A DNA stretch of 64,000 nucleotides from positions 960,001 through 1,024,000 of the forward strand of contig CAVVLJ010000016.1 in assembly GCA_963749075.1 (NCBI GenBank). Direction: 5' to 3'. The notes under the pieces are model-generated. The model had not been told where the DNA came from. It saw only the letters and a list, made by a program, of their open reading frames with translations, and searched no databases. Position numbers and translations under genes: made by a program. Positions 45,098 through 54,563 of the stretch are shown piece by piece; within the stretch, counting starts at the first letter, position 1; every line of letters starts with the position of its first letter. This stretch comes from an uncultured Pseudomonadota bacterium (lineage in GTDB: Bacteria > Pseudomonadota > Alphaproteobacteria > JACZXZ01).

Positions 45098-45180
45098 CCA
45101 CCATATTGCGCGAGGCCAGACAGGATTGCAATAGAAAACGGCAAAAAACGCCCGGGATTGCCGAGATTTTCGGCAAATTC

Positions 45181-45262
45181 TGCTGCAATGCGGAAGCTCT
45201 TCAGCGGAGCGGGCGTAGGCGTTTCGGCACGGCCTGCCCTTGTTTATGTTGCAGTGCAGCAT
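45181..45262. promoter_or_regulatory. Two PhaR(AniA)-like boxes between the divergent sRNA and GNAT promoters
   Basis: TGCTGCAATGCG (45181-45192) and near-palindromic ATGTTGCAGTGCAGCAT (45246-45262). Confidence 0.65.
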
Positions 45263-45322
45263 CATCTATCCAAGGCACGGGCGGGGGCCGTTCCTCCCCG
45301 GCACATTGGCATATGAGGGAGC

Positions 45323-45946
45323 ATGTCCTCCGATTTACCGGCAGCGCCCGATGACGGCGGGCGCTTGATCTACCGCAGGATATGGCCGCGGGAGCGCGCC
45401 TTGGTGAAGGCGCATCTCCTGCGTCTCGACGAGGAAAGCCGCCGGCGGCGGTTCTTCGGCCATGTCTCGGACCTCGTCGTCGAGAGCTATTGCGAGCAGG
45501 TCGTTTCCACCGGCTATCCCATCCTGGGCTGCTTCGCAGCAGGCGTGCTGCGCGCGATAGCTGAGCTGCGCACGTTCGGGGCGGCCGGCGCGCGCAAGGC
45601 CGAGCTCGCGGTCTCCGTGGAGCGGCCGTTCCAGGGCCGCGGCATCGGCGCCGAGCTTGTCCGCGAGGTGATCGTCCTGGCGCGCAACCGCTCGGTGCGC
45701 GTGCTGCACATGTCCTGCCTGCGCGAGAATGGCCCGATGCAACTCATCGCGCGCAAGCTCGGCGGCACGCTCGAGTTCCGCGAAGGTGAGGTGGCGGCCC
45801 GCATCAATCCCCCGTGGCCGACCTATTGGTCGCTCATGGAGGAGGCCTTCTCGGAGGGGCGCGCGGTCATGCATACGCTCGAGCTTGCGCAACACGGCGC
45901 AGCATCGGAGCGCGATGGAGAAGGCCGAAGCGTCGCGGCCGACTGA
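45323..45946 (+). CDS. GNAT-family acetyltransferase
   Basis: HLLRLD...RRRRFF, AELAVSVERPFQGRGIG (motif A), CLRENGPMQLIARK. Confidence 0.88.
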   Translation: MSSDLPAAPDDGGRLIYRRIWPRERALVKAHLLRLDEESRRRRFFGHVSDLVVESYCEQVVSTGYPILGCFAAGVLRAIAELRTFGAAGARKAELAVSVERPFQGRGIGAELVREVIVLARNRSVRVLHMSCLRENGPMQLIARKLGGTLEFREGEVAARINPPWPTYWSLMEEAFSEGRAVMHTLELAQHGAASERDGEGRSVAAD

Positions 45947-46027
45947 GCAACGGCGGCGGCGGGCCGCCGCGGCAGAAGCCGGCGATGCCGTTGCGCGCCG
46001 CATCGGCTTTCCCTGTCCCGCCCGGGC

Positions 46028-46285
46028 TCAGCGGCCGCGGAGTGCTGCGACCGCCTTTGCCTTTTCCTCCCTCGACAGGCGGGAGTCGCCGAGGATCATG
46101 GCGATCTTGCCTTCGATAAAGGCGCGCTCGGCCGCGCGGTCGCGCGGCACCTTGCGGCTGATCCGCGCGAATTCCTCGCGCATGTCCGTCGCCGGTACGC
46201 GTTCCCCGCTCCGGGGATCGATCACGTCCATCGGCGTTCCGCCCGGCGGCTCCGGCGGCGTGGCCGGCCTCGATGTGCGAGCCAT
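46028..46285 (-). CDS. 85-aa hypothetical protein homologous to the N-terminal segment of the upstream gene
   Basis: GGAG ribosome-binding site before ATG 46285; 17/52 ungapped identities with residues ~23-74 of 46316..47257 (counted by hand). Confidence 0.75.
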   Translation of the reverse strand: MARTSRPATPPEPPGGTPMDVIDPRSGERVPATDMREEFARISRKVPRDRAAERAFIEGKIAMILGDSRLSREEKAKAVAALRGR

Positions 46286-46315
46286 CGTCTTTCTCCGCAG
46301 TCTCATCGGCAACAC

Positions 46316-47257
46316 TCAGCTGTTCACCGCCCACGTATAGTTGGCATCGAGGAAGAGCAATTTGAAGCCCTTGTTGTCGGTACGCACATAGCTGTCGGCG
46401 GGGCCGGGCAAGTGCCAGCTGCCCCAGTTGCCGTTCTGATCCATGCTGATCAGCTGGGTGTTGATGGCACCCATGGCGCCCGTGCCTTGATAAGCATTCT
46501 GGAACGTTTCGACGATCGGCCCCCAACTCCCCACCCAGCCTGTTTGCTGCTGGGCGACCGTGGCCGTGTAGCCGTATTGGTAGACCAAGTCCCAGCGATT
46601 GGCGGCGTGATTCCAAAGGAACACCTGATTGTACCAATAACCGGACTGGCTCGCGACCGTCGCATTGTAGATCGACAAGGTCTGGTACGGATGTCCGTGG
46701 GCGGAGGTTGTCTGGAGATAGTTGCCGAGATTGCCGAACGGTATGTTCGTCTGCCACGGGGCATTGGGATAGCGGGCCCAATCGAACACCTTGAAGAAGG
46801 TGCTGTTCTGGCCGTTGTAGGCGACAAAGGCCTCGACGCCCATGGCGGAGCGGTTGGTGGCGGTGAGATAGAGGAAGGTATTGACGTTGCCGCCCGGTGG
46901 ATTGGGGCAAATCACCGGAAAATAGATTGCCGTCCCGAGGCCGAATGCAGTCTTGAATGGGCTATTGTAGAAGATGCCGTAGCCCACTCCGCCTGGCACC
47001 GGCCCTTGCGGCTTGGCGCCCTTCGGGAGTGCGAGACGGGCGCTCAATTCGGCGTGCGCAGCATCTCGCTCGGCGAGCGCCAGTGTCGGATGGGTATGAA
47101 GAATATGAAGCTTGCTCGCAAGGAATGCCGCCTCGAACTCCGGCTGGCGCGGGCTCCGCCCCGTCATCTCGGCAAAACTCTCTCTCGCGTCGCCCACCTC
47201 CAAGCCGCCCTGCGGCCCAGCCACGGGAAGCGCCAGCGCGATTGAGCTTTCAGCCAT
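46316..47257 (-). CDS. 313-aa hypothetical protein; candidate neprosin-like glutamic peptidase with N-terminal propeptide
   Basis: GGAGG ribosome-binding site before ATG 47257; helical N-terminus, Pro-rich linker, aromatic/Asn/Thr-rich domain with only two Glu (GVEAF, WGPIVE). The CDS is well supported; the function is inferred. Confidence 0.7.
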   Translation of the reverse strand: MAESSIALALPVAGPQGGLEVGDARESFAEMTGRSPRQPEFEAAFLASKLHILHTHPTLALAERDAAHAELSARLALPKGAKPQGPVPGGVGYGIFYNSPFKTAFGLGTAIYFPVICPNPPGGNVNTFLYLTATNRSAMGVEAFVAYNGQNSTFFKVFDWARYPNAPWQTNIPFGNLGNYLQTTSAHGHPYQTLSIYNATVASQSGYWYNQVFLWNHAANRWDLVYQYGYTATVAQQQTGWVGSWGPIVETFQNAYQGTGAMGAINTQLISMDQNGNWGSWHLPGPADSYVRTDNKGFKLLFLDANYTWAVNS

Positions 47258-47503
47258 GGATATGCCTCCCAATGTTGGTCGCCGCCACCCTGCCCGGTCG
47301 CGTCGGGCGGCAACCCAACTAGTGGAAATTATGGACGTTATACCACCGATTGGAGATCGAGAGGCGGAGATTCTCAAAATCGGGCTGTAACGTGCGCGCG
47401 TTTCTCGAAATGCTTGCAGCAGTGCCAGAGCCGGCGCCATTGCCATCCCAGAGGCCATTGCCTACAGTCCGGCCCGACCAAGAGCCAGGAGTGCTAGCCT
47501 GCC

Positions 47504-48820
47504 ATGCGCCTTTCCGCCTACTTCATGCCGACGCTCAAGGAGAACCCGGCCGAGGCGCAGATCGTCTCGCACCGCTACATGCTGCGCGCCGGCATGATCC
47601 GCCAGGCGAGCGCCGGCATCTACAGCTGGCTGCCCCTCGGCTTCCGCGTGCTCAAGCGCATCGAGCAGATCGTGCGCGAGGAGCAGGACCGCGCCGGCTG
47701 CCAGGAGCTCCTCATGCCGACGATCCAGTCGGCCGACCTCTGGAAGGAGTCCGGCCGCTACGAGGACTACGGCAAGGAGATGCTGCGCATCCAGGACCGC
47801 CACGAGCGCGAGATGCTCTACGGCCCGACCAACGAGGAGCTCATCACCGAGATCTTCCGCGCCTCGGTCAAGAGCTACCGCGAGGTGCCGAAGCTCCTCT
47901 ACCACATCCAGTGGAAGTTCCGCGACGAGGTGCGGCCGCGCTTCGGCGTCATGCGCGGGCGCGAGTTCCTCATGAAGGACGCCTATTCCTTCGACCTCGA
48001 CTTCGCCGGCGCCCAGCGCGCCTACAACAAGATGTTCGTCGCCTACCTGCGCACCTTCGCGCGCATGGGCCTCAAGGCCATCCCCATGGCGGCCGAGAGC
48101 GGCCCCATCGGCGGCGACATGAGCCACGAGTTCATCATCCTGGCGGACACCGGCGAGAGCAAGGTCTTCTGCCACCGCGACTTCGTCGAGTTCGACGTGC
48201 TCGGCAGCGACTTGAGCTCCGGGGACGACCTGGCACCCGTCGTCGACCATTGGACGAGCCTCTACGCCGCGACCGACGACAAGCACGACCCCGAGGCCTT
48301 CGCCGCCATCGCTCCGGAGAAGCGCATCGAGGCGCGCGGCATCGAGGTCGGGCACATCTTCTATTTCGGCACCAAGTACTCGGCGCCGCTCAGGGCCTAC
48401 GTGGCCGACGCCAAGGGCGCACCGCACGCCGTGCACATGGGCTCCTACGGCATCGGCGTCTCGCGCCTGGTCGGCGCCATCATCGAGGCGAGCCACGATG
48501 AGAGCGGCATCATCTGGCCGGAGCCGGTATCACCCTTCAAGGTCGGCCTGATCAACCTGCGCGCGGGCGATGCGGCCTGCAGCGAGGCGTGCGACGCCAT
48601 CTATGCCAGGCTGGCCGCAGCCGGGGTCGAGGCGCTCTACGACGACCGCGAGGAGAGTGCGGGCGCCAAGTTCGCCGAGATGGACCTCATCGGGCTGCCC
48701 TGGCAGCTCGTTATAGGGCCGCGCGGCCTCAAGGGGGGCACCGTCGAGCTCAAGGCGCGCAAGAGCGGCGAGCGCCACGAGCTCTCCCTCGAGAGTGCGC
48801 TCGAGCGCCTCTGCGGCTAG
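47504..48820 (+). CDS. proS: Proline--tRNA ligase (short alphaproteobacterial type)
   Basis: [39 protein letters not shown]. Confidence 0.98.
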   Translation: MRLSAYFMPTLKENPAEAQIVSHRYMLRAGMIRQASAGIYSWLPLGFRVLKRIEQIVREEQDRAGCQELLMPTIQSADLWKESGRYEDYGKEMLRIQDRHEREMLYGPTNEELITEIFRASVKSYREVPKLLYHIQWKFRDEVRPRFGVMRGREFLMKDAYSFDLDFAGAQRAYNKMFVAYLRTFARMGLKAIPMAAESGPIGGDMSHEFIILADTGESKVFCHRDFVEFDVLGSDLSSGDDLAPVVDHWTSLYAATDDKHDPEAFAAIAPEKRIEARGIEVGHIFYFGTKYSAPLRAYVADAKGAPHAVHMGSYGIGVSRLVGAIIEASHDESGIIWPEPVSPFKVGLINLRAGDAACSEACDAIYARLAAAGVEALYDDREESAGAKFAEMDLIGLPWQLVIGPRGLKGGTVELKARKSGERHELSLESALERLCG

Positions 48821-48830
48821 GCGCCGGGAG

Positions 48831-50075
48831 ATGATCTTCTCGCCCTTCGAGCGCATGGTGGCGATGCGCTATCTGCGCGCGCGGCGCCAGGAGGGCTTCA
48901 TCTCCGTGGTCTCGTGGTTCTCGCTCATCGGCATCCTCCTCGGCGTGATGGCGCTCATCATCACGCTCGCCATCTTCAACGGCTTCCGCCAGCAGCTCAT
49001 CGAGCGCATCCTCGGGCTCAACGGCCACATCTCGGTGCAGGACGTGAGCGGCGCCATTCTGAACTACGACCAGGTGGCGGCCGCCGTCCGCGCCGTGCCG
49101 GGGGTGGCGAGCGTGACGCCGCAGATCGACAGCCAGGCGATCGTCACGGCGGGCGGCAACTCGCTCGGCGCCGTGGTGCGCGGCATCAAGCCCGACGGCC
49201 TCAAGAAGCTCGCCCTCGTCGCCGACAAGCTGGTCGGCGGCTCGCTCGACGATTTCGCCGACGACGGCGTGGCGATCGGCTACCGCCTGGCCGCCCGCCT
49301 TGGCATCACGGTCGGCGGCCGGCTCTCGCTCATCACGCCCGAGGGGGCGGTGACCGCCTTCGGCACCATCCCGCGCATCAAGACCTACCACGTGGCCGCC
49401 GTCTTCAACGTCGGCATGTTCGAATACGACAGCGGCTACATGTATATGCCGCTCGCCGCGGCGCAGCTCTATTTCAAGCTGCCCAACGAGGTGAACGAGC
49501 TCGAGGTGCGCATCGACGATCCGGAGCGCGCACCCGCCATGGCGGGTCCCGTCCAGCTCGCCGCCGGACCGGGCCTCCACGCCATCCCCTGGCAGCAGGT
49601 CAATGCGAGCTACTTCAATTTCGTGGCATTGCAGCGCAACCTCTACGCCATCGTGGTGACCCTCATCATCGTGGTCGCCGCCTTCAACATCATCTCCGGC
49701 CTGATCATGCTGGTGAAGGACAAGGCGCGCGGCATCGCCATCCTGCGCACCATCGGCGCCACTCGCGCCATGATCATGCGCATCTTCTTCATGACCGGCA
49801 TGAGCATCGGCGTCGTCGGCACCGCGAGCGGCCTCGTCCTCGCCCTCCTCTTCTGCCACAACCTCGAGAGCATCCATCAGTGGCTGCAGCGCAACACCGG
49901 CCAGAACCTCTTCCCCGCTGAGTTCTTCTATCTGACCCAGCTCCCCGCCGTGGTCGATCCCAAGGAGGTGGTGCTCGTCGTGCTCATGAGCCTCGGCCTC
50001 ACCTTTCTCGCCAGCATCTATCCGGCGTGGCGCGCCGCACGCCTCGATCCTGTGGAGGCGCTGCGCTATGAGTGA
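48831..50075 (+). CDS. lolC: Lipoprotein-releasing ABC permease LolC/E
   Basis: [53 protein letters not shown]. Confidence 0.93.
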   Translation: MIFSPFERMVAMRYLRARRQEGFISVVSWFSLIGILLGVMALIITLAIFNGFRQQLIERILGLNGHISVQDVSGAILNYDQVAAAVRAVPGVASVTPQIDSQAIVTAGGNSLGAVVRGIKPDGLKKLALVADKLVGGSLDDFADDGVAIGYRLAARLGITVGGRLSLITPEGAVTAFGTIPRIKTYHVAAVFNVGMFEYDSGYMYMPLAAAQLYFKLPNEVNELEVRIDDPERAPAMAGPVQLAAGPGLHAIPWQQVNASYFNFVALQRNLYAIVVTLIIVVAAFNIISGLIMLVKDKARGIAILRTIGATRAMIMRIFFMTGMSIGVVGTASGLVLALLFCHNLESIHQWLQRNTGQNLFPAEFFYLTQLPAVVDPKEVVLVVLMSLGLTFLASIYPAWRAARLDPVEALRYE

Positions 50076-50778
50076 GGCGGCCCCGGCAAGCGCCGCCGCG
50101 ACGGCCCCGGCGCTCGCCCTCGTCGAGGTGGTGCGCACCTATCGCCAGGGCAGCGAGGCGGTCGAAGTGCTGCGCGGTGTCACGCTCGCGGTTTCCGCGG
50201 GCGAGGCCGTGGCGCTCGTCGGCCCCTCGGGCGCCGGCAAGTCGACCCTCCTCCATATAGCAGGCCTCCTCGAGCGGCCGGACCGCGGCGAGGTGATGAT
50301 CGAGGGGGCCGCCTGCGGCCGGCTCGGCGACGACGAGCGCACCCGCTTGCGGCGCACGCAGCTTGGCTTCGTCTATCAGTTCCACCACCTGCTGCCCGAA
50401 TTCTCGGCGCTCGAGAACGTCATGCTGCCCCAGATGATCGCGGGCCTCTCGCGCGAGGTGGCGCGGGAGCGCGGACGCCAGCTCCTCGCCATGGTCGGCC
50501 TGCTGCCGCGCGAGAGCCACCGCCCGGCGCGGCTCTCGGGCGGCGAGCAGCAGCGCGTCGCCATCATGCGCGCCGTCGCCAACGTGCCGCGCGTGCTCCT
50601 GGCCGACGAGCCGACCGGCAACCTCGACCAGACGACCGCCGACGGCGTGTTCGGCCAGCTCCTCAGCCTCGTCCGCCGCACCGGGCTCGCCGCCCTCGTG
50701 GCCACCCACAACCGCGAGCTCGCGCGCCGCATGGACCGTGTCGTCGAGCTCAGGAACGGCGTGCTCGTCGCGGCCTGA
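50068..50778 (+). CDS. lolD: Lipoprotein-releasing ABC ATPase LolD
   Basis: [18 protein letters not shown] (LolD motif), LSGGEQQR. Confidence 0.95.
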   Translation: MSEAAPASAAATAPALALVEVVRTYRQGSEAVEVLRGVTLAVSAGEAVALVGPSGAGKSTLLHIAGLLERPDRGEVMIEGAACGRLGDDERTRLRRTQLGFVYQFHHLLPEFSALENVMLPQMIAGLSREVARERGRQLLAMVGLLPRESHRPARLSGGEQQRVAIMRAVANVPRVLLADEPTGNLDQTTADGVFGQLLSLVRRTGLAALVATHNRELARRMDRVVELRNGVLVAA

Positions 50779-50785
50779 CGGCCGG

Positions 50786-50806
50786 TTTTCCACAAGATGT
50801 GGACAG
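50786..50806. promoter_or_regulatory. Inverted pair of DnaA boxes upstream of dnaE
   Basis: TTTTCCACA (fits TTWTNCACA), 3-bp spacer, TGTGGACAG (reverse complement CTGTCCACA). Confidence 0.6.
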
Positions 50807-50848
50807 AATATCTCCCGGCAGCCGCAACATGCTGGTATCCTGGCCGCC

Positions 50849-53800
50849 ATGCCGCACGCCGATTTCGTCCATCTCCGGGTCCACTCGGCCTATTCGCTCT
50901 CCGAGGGCGCCATCAAGATCAAGGCGCTCGTCGAGCTCGCCCGGCAGCACGGCATGCCCGCCGTGGCGATCGCCGACAGCGGCAACCTCTTCGGCGCGCT
51001 CGAGTTCGCCCAGGCCGCCGAGGCCGGCGGCATCCAGCCGATCATCGGCTGCCAGCTTGCCCTCTCCCGCGAGGAGCGCGAGCCGCGCAACGGGGGACCT
51101 GCGGCCAAGCCCGACCAGCTCGTGCTCCTGGCCAAGGATGAGACCGGCTACCGCTCGCTCCTCAAGCTGGTGAGCAAATCCTTCCTCGAGACGCCGGGCG
51201 GCGAGGCGCCGCAGCTCGCGCTCGCCGAGCTCGAGGCCGGCAATGCGGGCCTCATAGCACTTACGGGCGGTGCCGCGGGGCCGGTCGGCCGTCTCCTCGG
51301 CGACGGCCAGGCGCCGGCTGCCGAGGCCATATTGCTGCGCCTCGCCAAATGCATGGGCGACCGTCTTTACGTCGAATTGCAGCGCCACGGCATGGCGAGC
51401 GAGGAGCGCATCGAGGCGGCGCTCATCGACCTCGCCTATCGCCACGGCATTCCGCTCGTCGCCACCAACGAGGCCTTCTTCGCCGACGAGAGCATGTTCG
51501 AGGCGCACGACGCGCTCCTCTGCATCGCCGAGGGAAGCTACGTGACCGACGCCGAGCGCCGCCGCTTGACGCCCGAGCATCGCTTCAAGTCCGCGGCGGA
51601 GATGAAGCGGCTCTTCGCCGATCTTCCCGAGGCGATCGCCAACACGCTCGTCATCGCCCGGCGCTGCGCGTTCTACCCGGCGACGCGCAAACCCATCCTG
51701 CCGCGTTTCGAGACGCCCGGCGGGATTTCCGAGGCCGAGGAGCTCAAGCGCCAGGCCGAAGAGGGCCTCGAGCGCCGCCTCGCGGCGCGAGTGCTGACGG
51801 AAGCCAAGAGTGCGGCCGAGCGCGAGGCTGCAGCACGGCCCTACCGCGAGCGCCTGCGCTACGAGCTCGGGGTGATCAGCCAGATGGGCTTCGCCGGCTA
51901 CTTCCTCATCGTCGCGGACTTCATCCAATGGGCCAAGGCGCACGGCATCCCGGTGGGGCCGGGGCGGGGCTCGGGCGCCGGCTCCGTGGTCGCCTGGTCG
52001 CTGACGATTACCGATCTCGATCCCTTGCGTTGGGGCCTTCTCTTCGAGCGCTTTCTCAACCCCGAGCGCGTCTCCATGCCCGACTTCGACGTCGACTTCT
52101 GCCCGGAGGGGCGCGATGAGGTCATCCATCACGTGCAGGAGAAATACGGCCGCGACCGCGTCGCCCAGATCATCACCTTCGGCAAGCTGCAGGCGCGCGC
52201 GGTCCTGCGCGACGTGGGCCGCGTGCTGCAGATGCCCTACGGCCAGGTCGACCGCATCTGCAAGATGGTGCCCAACAACCCGGCCAACCCGGTGAGCCTG
52301 CAGCAGGCCATCGACGGCGAGCCGCTCCTCCAGGACATGCGGCGCGAGGACGAGACGGTCGCCCGTCTCATCGACATCGCCCTCAAGCTCGAGGGCCTCT
52401 ACCGCCATGCCTCGACCCATGCCGGCGGCGTCGTCATCGGCGACCGGCCGCTCGACGAGCTCATCCCGCTCTACCGCGATCCGCGCTCCGAGATGCCGGT
52501 CACCCAGTTCAACATGAAATGGGTCGAAGCCGCCGGTCTGGTGAAGCTCGATTTCCTCGGGCTCAAGACCCTGAGCGTCTTGGTGTCCGCCGAGCGGTTG
52601 CTGCGTCAACGAAAGATAGACATCGATCTCAACAACTTGCCGCTCGACGATCGAGCGACGTTTGAAATGCTGAGCCGCGGCGATTCGACCGGGGTGTTCC
52701 AGCTTGAAGGATCGGGCATGCGCGACGTCTTGCGCAAGCTCAAGCCCGCCCGCTTCGAGGACATCATCGCCGTGGTGGCGCTCTACCGGCCCGGGCCGAT
52801 GGACGACATCCCGAAATACATCAACGTCAAGAACGGCACGGAGGCCCCCGACTATCTGCATCCCGCACTCGAGCCGATCCTGCGCGAGACCTTCGGCATC
52901 ATGGTCTATCAGGAGCAGGTGATGCAGATTGCCCAAGAGCTCTCCGGCTACAGCCTGGGGAAGGCCGATCTCCTGCGCCGTGCCATGGGCAAGAAGATCA
53001 AGTCCGAGATGGAAGCGCAGCGCAAAGGCTTCATCGACGGGGCCATGGCGCGCGGCGTGGACGCGGCCCAGGCGGCCGGCATCTTCGACAAGGTCGCCAA
53101 GTTCGCCGGCTACGGCTTCAACAAATGCCACGCGGCACCCTATGCGCTGATCGCCTACCAGACCGCCTATCTCAAGGCCAATTATCCCGTCGAGTTCTTC
53201 GCCGCCTCGATGACCTACGAGCTCGGGAACACCGACAAACTCAACATATTCCGCCAGGAATTGCAGCGACTTGGCATCGCTCTCCTGGCGCCGGACATCA
53301 ACCGCTCCGAGGCGGCCTTCGCGGTCGAGGAGGCGGCGGGCGGCGGCATCGCGATCCGCTATGCGCTTGCCGCACTCAAGGGCGTCGGGGCCGCGGCCAT
53401 GGCAAGCCTGGTCGCCGAGCGCCGCGCCCGCGGGCCGTTCCGCTCGCTCGCGGACTTTGCCGAACGGCTCGACTCGCGCATCCTCAACAAGCGCCAGCTC
53501 GAGAGCCTCGCCGCGGCGGGCGCCTTCGACGCCCTGACCGCGAACCGCCGCCAGGTCTTCGAGGCGGTCGAGCAGATCGTGCGCCATGCCGGCAAGGCCA
53601 GCGAGGAGCGCACCAGCCACCAGACCTCGCTCTTCGCCACCCTGGCCGGCGAGGGTGCCGCCGAGGCGGCCCCGGCGCTGGCGCTCCCGGCCGTGCCGGA
53701 CTGGCCGCCCATGGAGCGGCTCAAGCGCGAATTCGACGCCGTCGGCTTCTATCTCTCGGCCCATCCGCTCGACGCCTACGGCAAGACGCTGGATCGCCTC

Positions 53801-54331
53801 GGCGTCATCAAGGCGGCCGATGCGGCGCGCCGCCTCGCCGACGGCCGCTTGAGCCGCGTGCGCCTCGCCGGCACCCCGATCGGCAAGCAGGAGCGCACCT
53901 CGGCGCGCGGCAACCGTTTCGCCTTCGTGCAGCTCTCCGACACCAGCGGCGTCTTCGAGGTGACCGTCTTCTCGGAGCTGCTCTCCGCCGCGCGCGAGCT
54001 CATCGACCGGGGGGCGGCACTCCTCATCGCCGCTGACGGCCGCGTCGAGGCGGACCAGGTGCGCTACACCGCCCAGTCGATCGAGCCCCTCGACAAGGCG
54101 GCCGAGAGCGTGGGTGCCTCCTTGCGCATCTACGTCAACGACGCCGACCCGCTCGTCCCCTTGCGCCAGCTCCTCGCGCGCGAGCGCAAGGGCAAGGGCC
54201 GCATCTGGCTCGTGGCACTGGCAGCCGGCCGCGAGATCGAGATCGCACTCGACGGCCGCTTCGGCTGCTCGCCCCAGCTCCGCCAGGCGATCCGCGCGCT
54301 CCCGGGCATCGTCGAGGTCGAGGAGGTGTGA
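50849..54331 (+). CDS. dnaE: DNA polymerase III alpha subunit
   Basis: FVHLRVHS PHP domain, GRGSGAGS, PDFDVDF, KLDFLGL, YGFNKCH; no intein-sized insertion. Confidence 0.98.
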   Translation: MPHADFVHLRVHSAYSLSEGAIKIKALVELARQHGMPAVAIADSGNLFGALEFAQAAEAGGIQPIIGCQLALSREEREPRNGGPAAKPDQLVLLAKDETGYRSLLKLVSKSFLETPGGEAPQLALAELEAGNAGLIALTGGAAGPVGRLLGDGQAPAAEAILLRLAKCMGDRLYVELQRHGMASEERIEAALIDLAYRHGIPLVATNEAFFADESMFEAHDALLCIAEGSYVTDAERRRLTPEHRFKSAAEMKRLFADLPEAIANTLVIARRCAFYPATRKPILPRFETPGGISEAEELKRQAEEGLERRLAARVLTEAKSAAEREAAARPYRERLRYELGVISQMGFAGYFLIVADFIQWAKAHGIPVGPGRGSGAGSVVAWSLTITDLDPLRWGLLFERFLNPERVSMPDFDVDFCPEGRDEVIHHVQEKYGRDRVAQIITFGKLQARAVLRDVGRVLQMPYGQVDRICKMVPNNPANPVSLQQAIDGEPLLQDMRREDETVARLIDIALKLEGLYRHASTHAGGVVIGDRPLDELIPLYRDPRSEMPVTQFNMKWVEAAGLVKLDFLGLKTLSVLVSAERLLRQRKIDIDLNNLPLDDRATFEMLSRGDSTGVFQLEGSGMRDVLRKLKPARFEDIIAVVALYRPGPMDDIPKYINVKNGTEAPDYLHPALEPILRETFGIMVYQEQVMQIAQELSGYSLGKADLLRRAMGKKIKSEMEAQRKGFIDGAMARGVDAAQAAGIFDKVAKFAGYGFNKCHAAPYALIAYQTAYLKANYPVEFFAASMTYELGNTDKLNIFRQELQRLGIALLAPDINRSEAAFAVEEAAGGGIAIRYALAALKGVGAAAMASLVAERRARGPFRSLADFAERLDSRILNKRQLESLAAAGAFDALTANRRQVFEAVEQIVRHAGKASEERTSHQTSLFATLAGEGAAEAAPALALPAVPDWPPMERLKREFDAVGFYLSAHPLDAYGKTLDRLGVIKAADAARRLADGRLSRVRLAGTPIGKQERTSARGNRFAFVQLSDTSGVFEVTVFSELLSAARELIDRGAALLIAADGRVEADQVRYTAQSIEPLDKAAESVGASLRIYVNDADPLVPLRQLLARERKGKGRIWLVALAAGREIEIALDGRFGCSPQLRQAIRALPGIVEVEEV

Positions 54332-54393
54332 TATTCGTCACAGCGCGGCAGCGCGTGAGCGCCCGCGCGCCCGGTCCTCTTTCCGGTTTTGCC

Positions 54394-54563
54394 TTGCATT
54401 CGCGGGCGTTCGGCGCTATCTAGCAGCCGCTCAATCCACACGCGGGCACGCGGTCGCACGGGGAGAAATCCCGGGCGCTCGCTCCGGTGGCCGGCCTTGA
54501 GCCCGAGGAGGGCGAGGCCGGCCTCAAAGGCTCGCGGCGGCATAACCGGAAAAGGACGCGAAA
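54394..54563 (+). promoter_or_regulatory. rpsB promoter and long structured leader (probable S2 autoregulatory RNA)
   Basis: TTGCAT-N17-TATCTA at 54394-54422; leader begins CCACACGC and ends GCGGCGGCATAACC. Confidence 0.55.

Noticed and set aside
44800-45354. Short ORFs in the tag-GNAT gap
   Set aside because: Atypical composition, and they overlap the promoter, hairpins and terminator, which are better explained as an sRNA locus.
47258-47458. Upstream extension of the 380-aa ORF as a signal peptide
   Set aside because: No signal-peptide character; the strong GGAGG site precedes ATG 47257 and the extension runs through the divergent promoter region.
29388-53764. Very long antisense or alternate-frame ORFs (e.g. 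29388..32861, 35427..38981, 50750..53764; likewise 404..1588 and 18718..21069)
   Set aside because: Shadow ORFs of high-GC core genes with no recognisable motifs.
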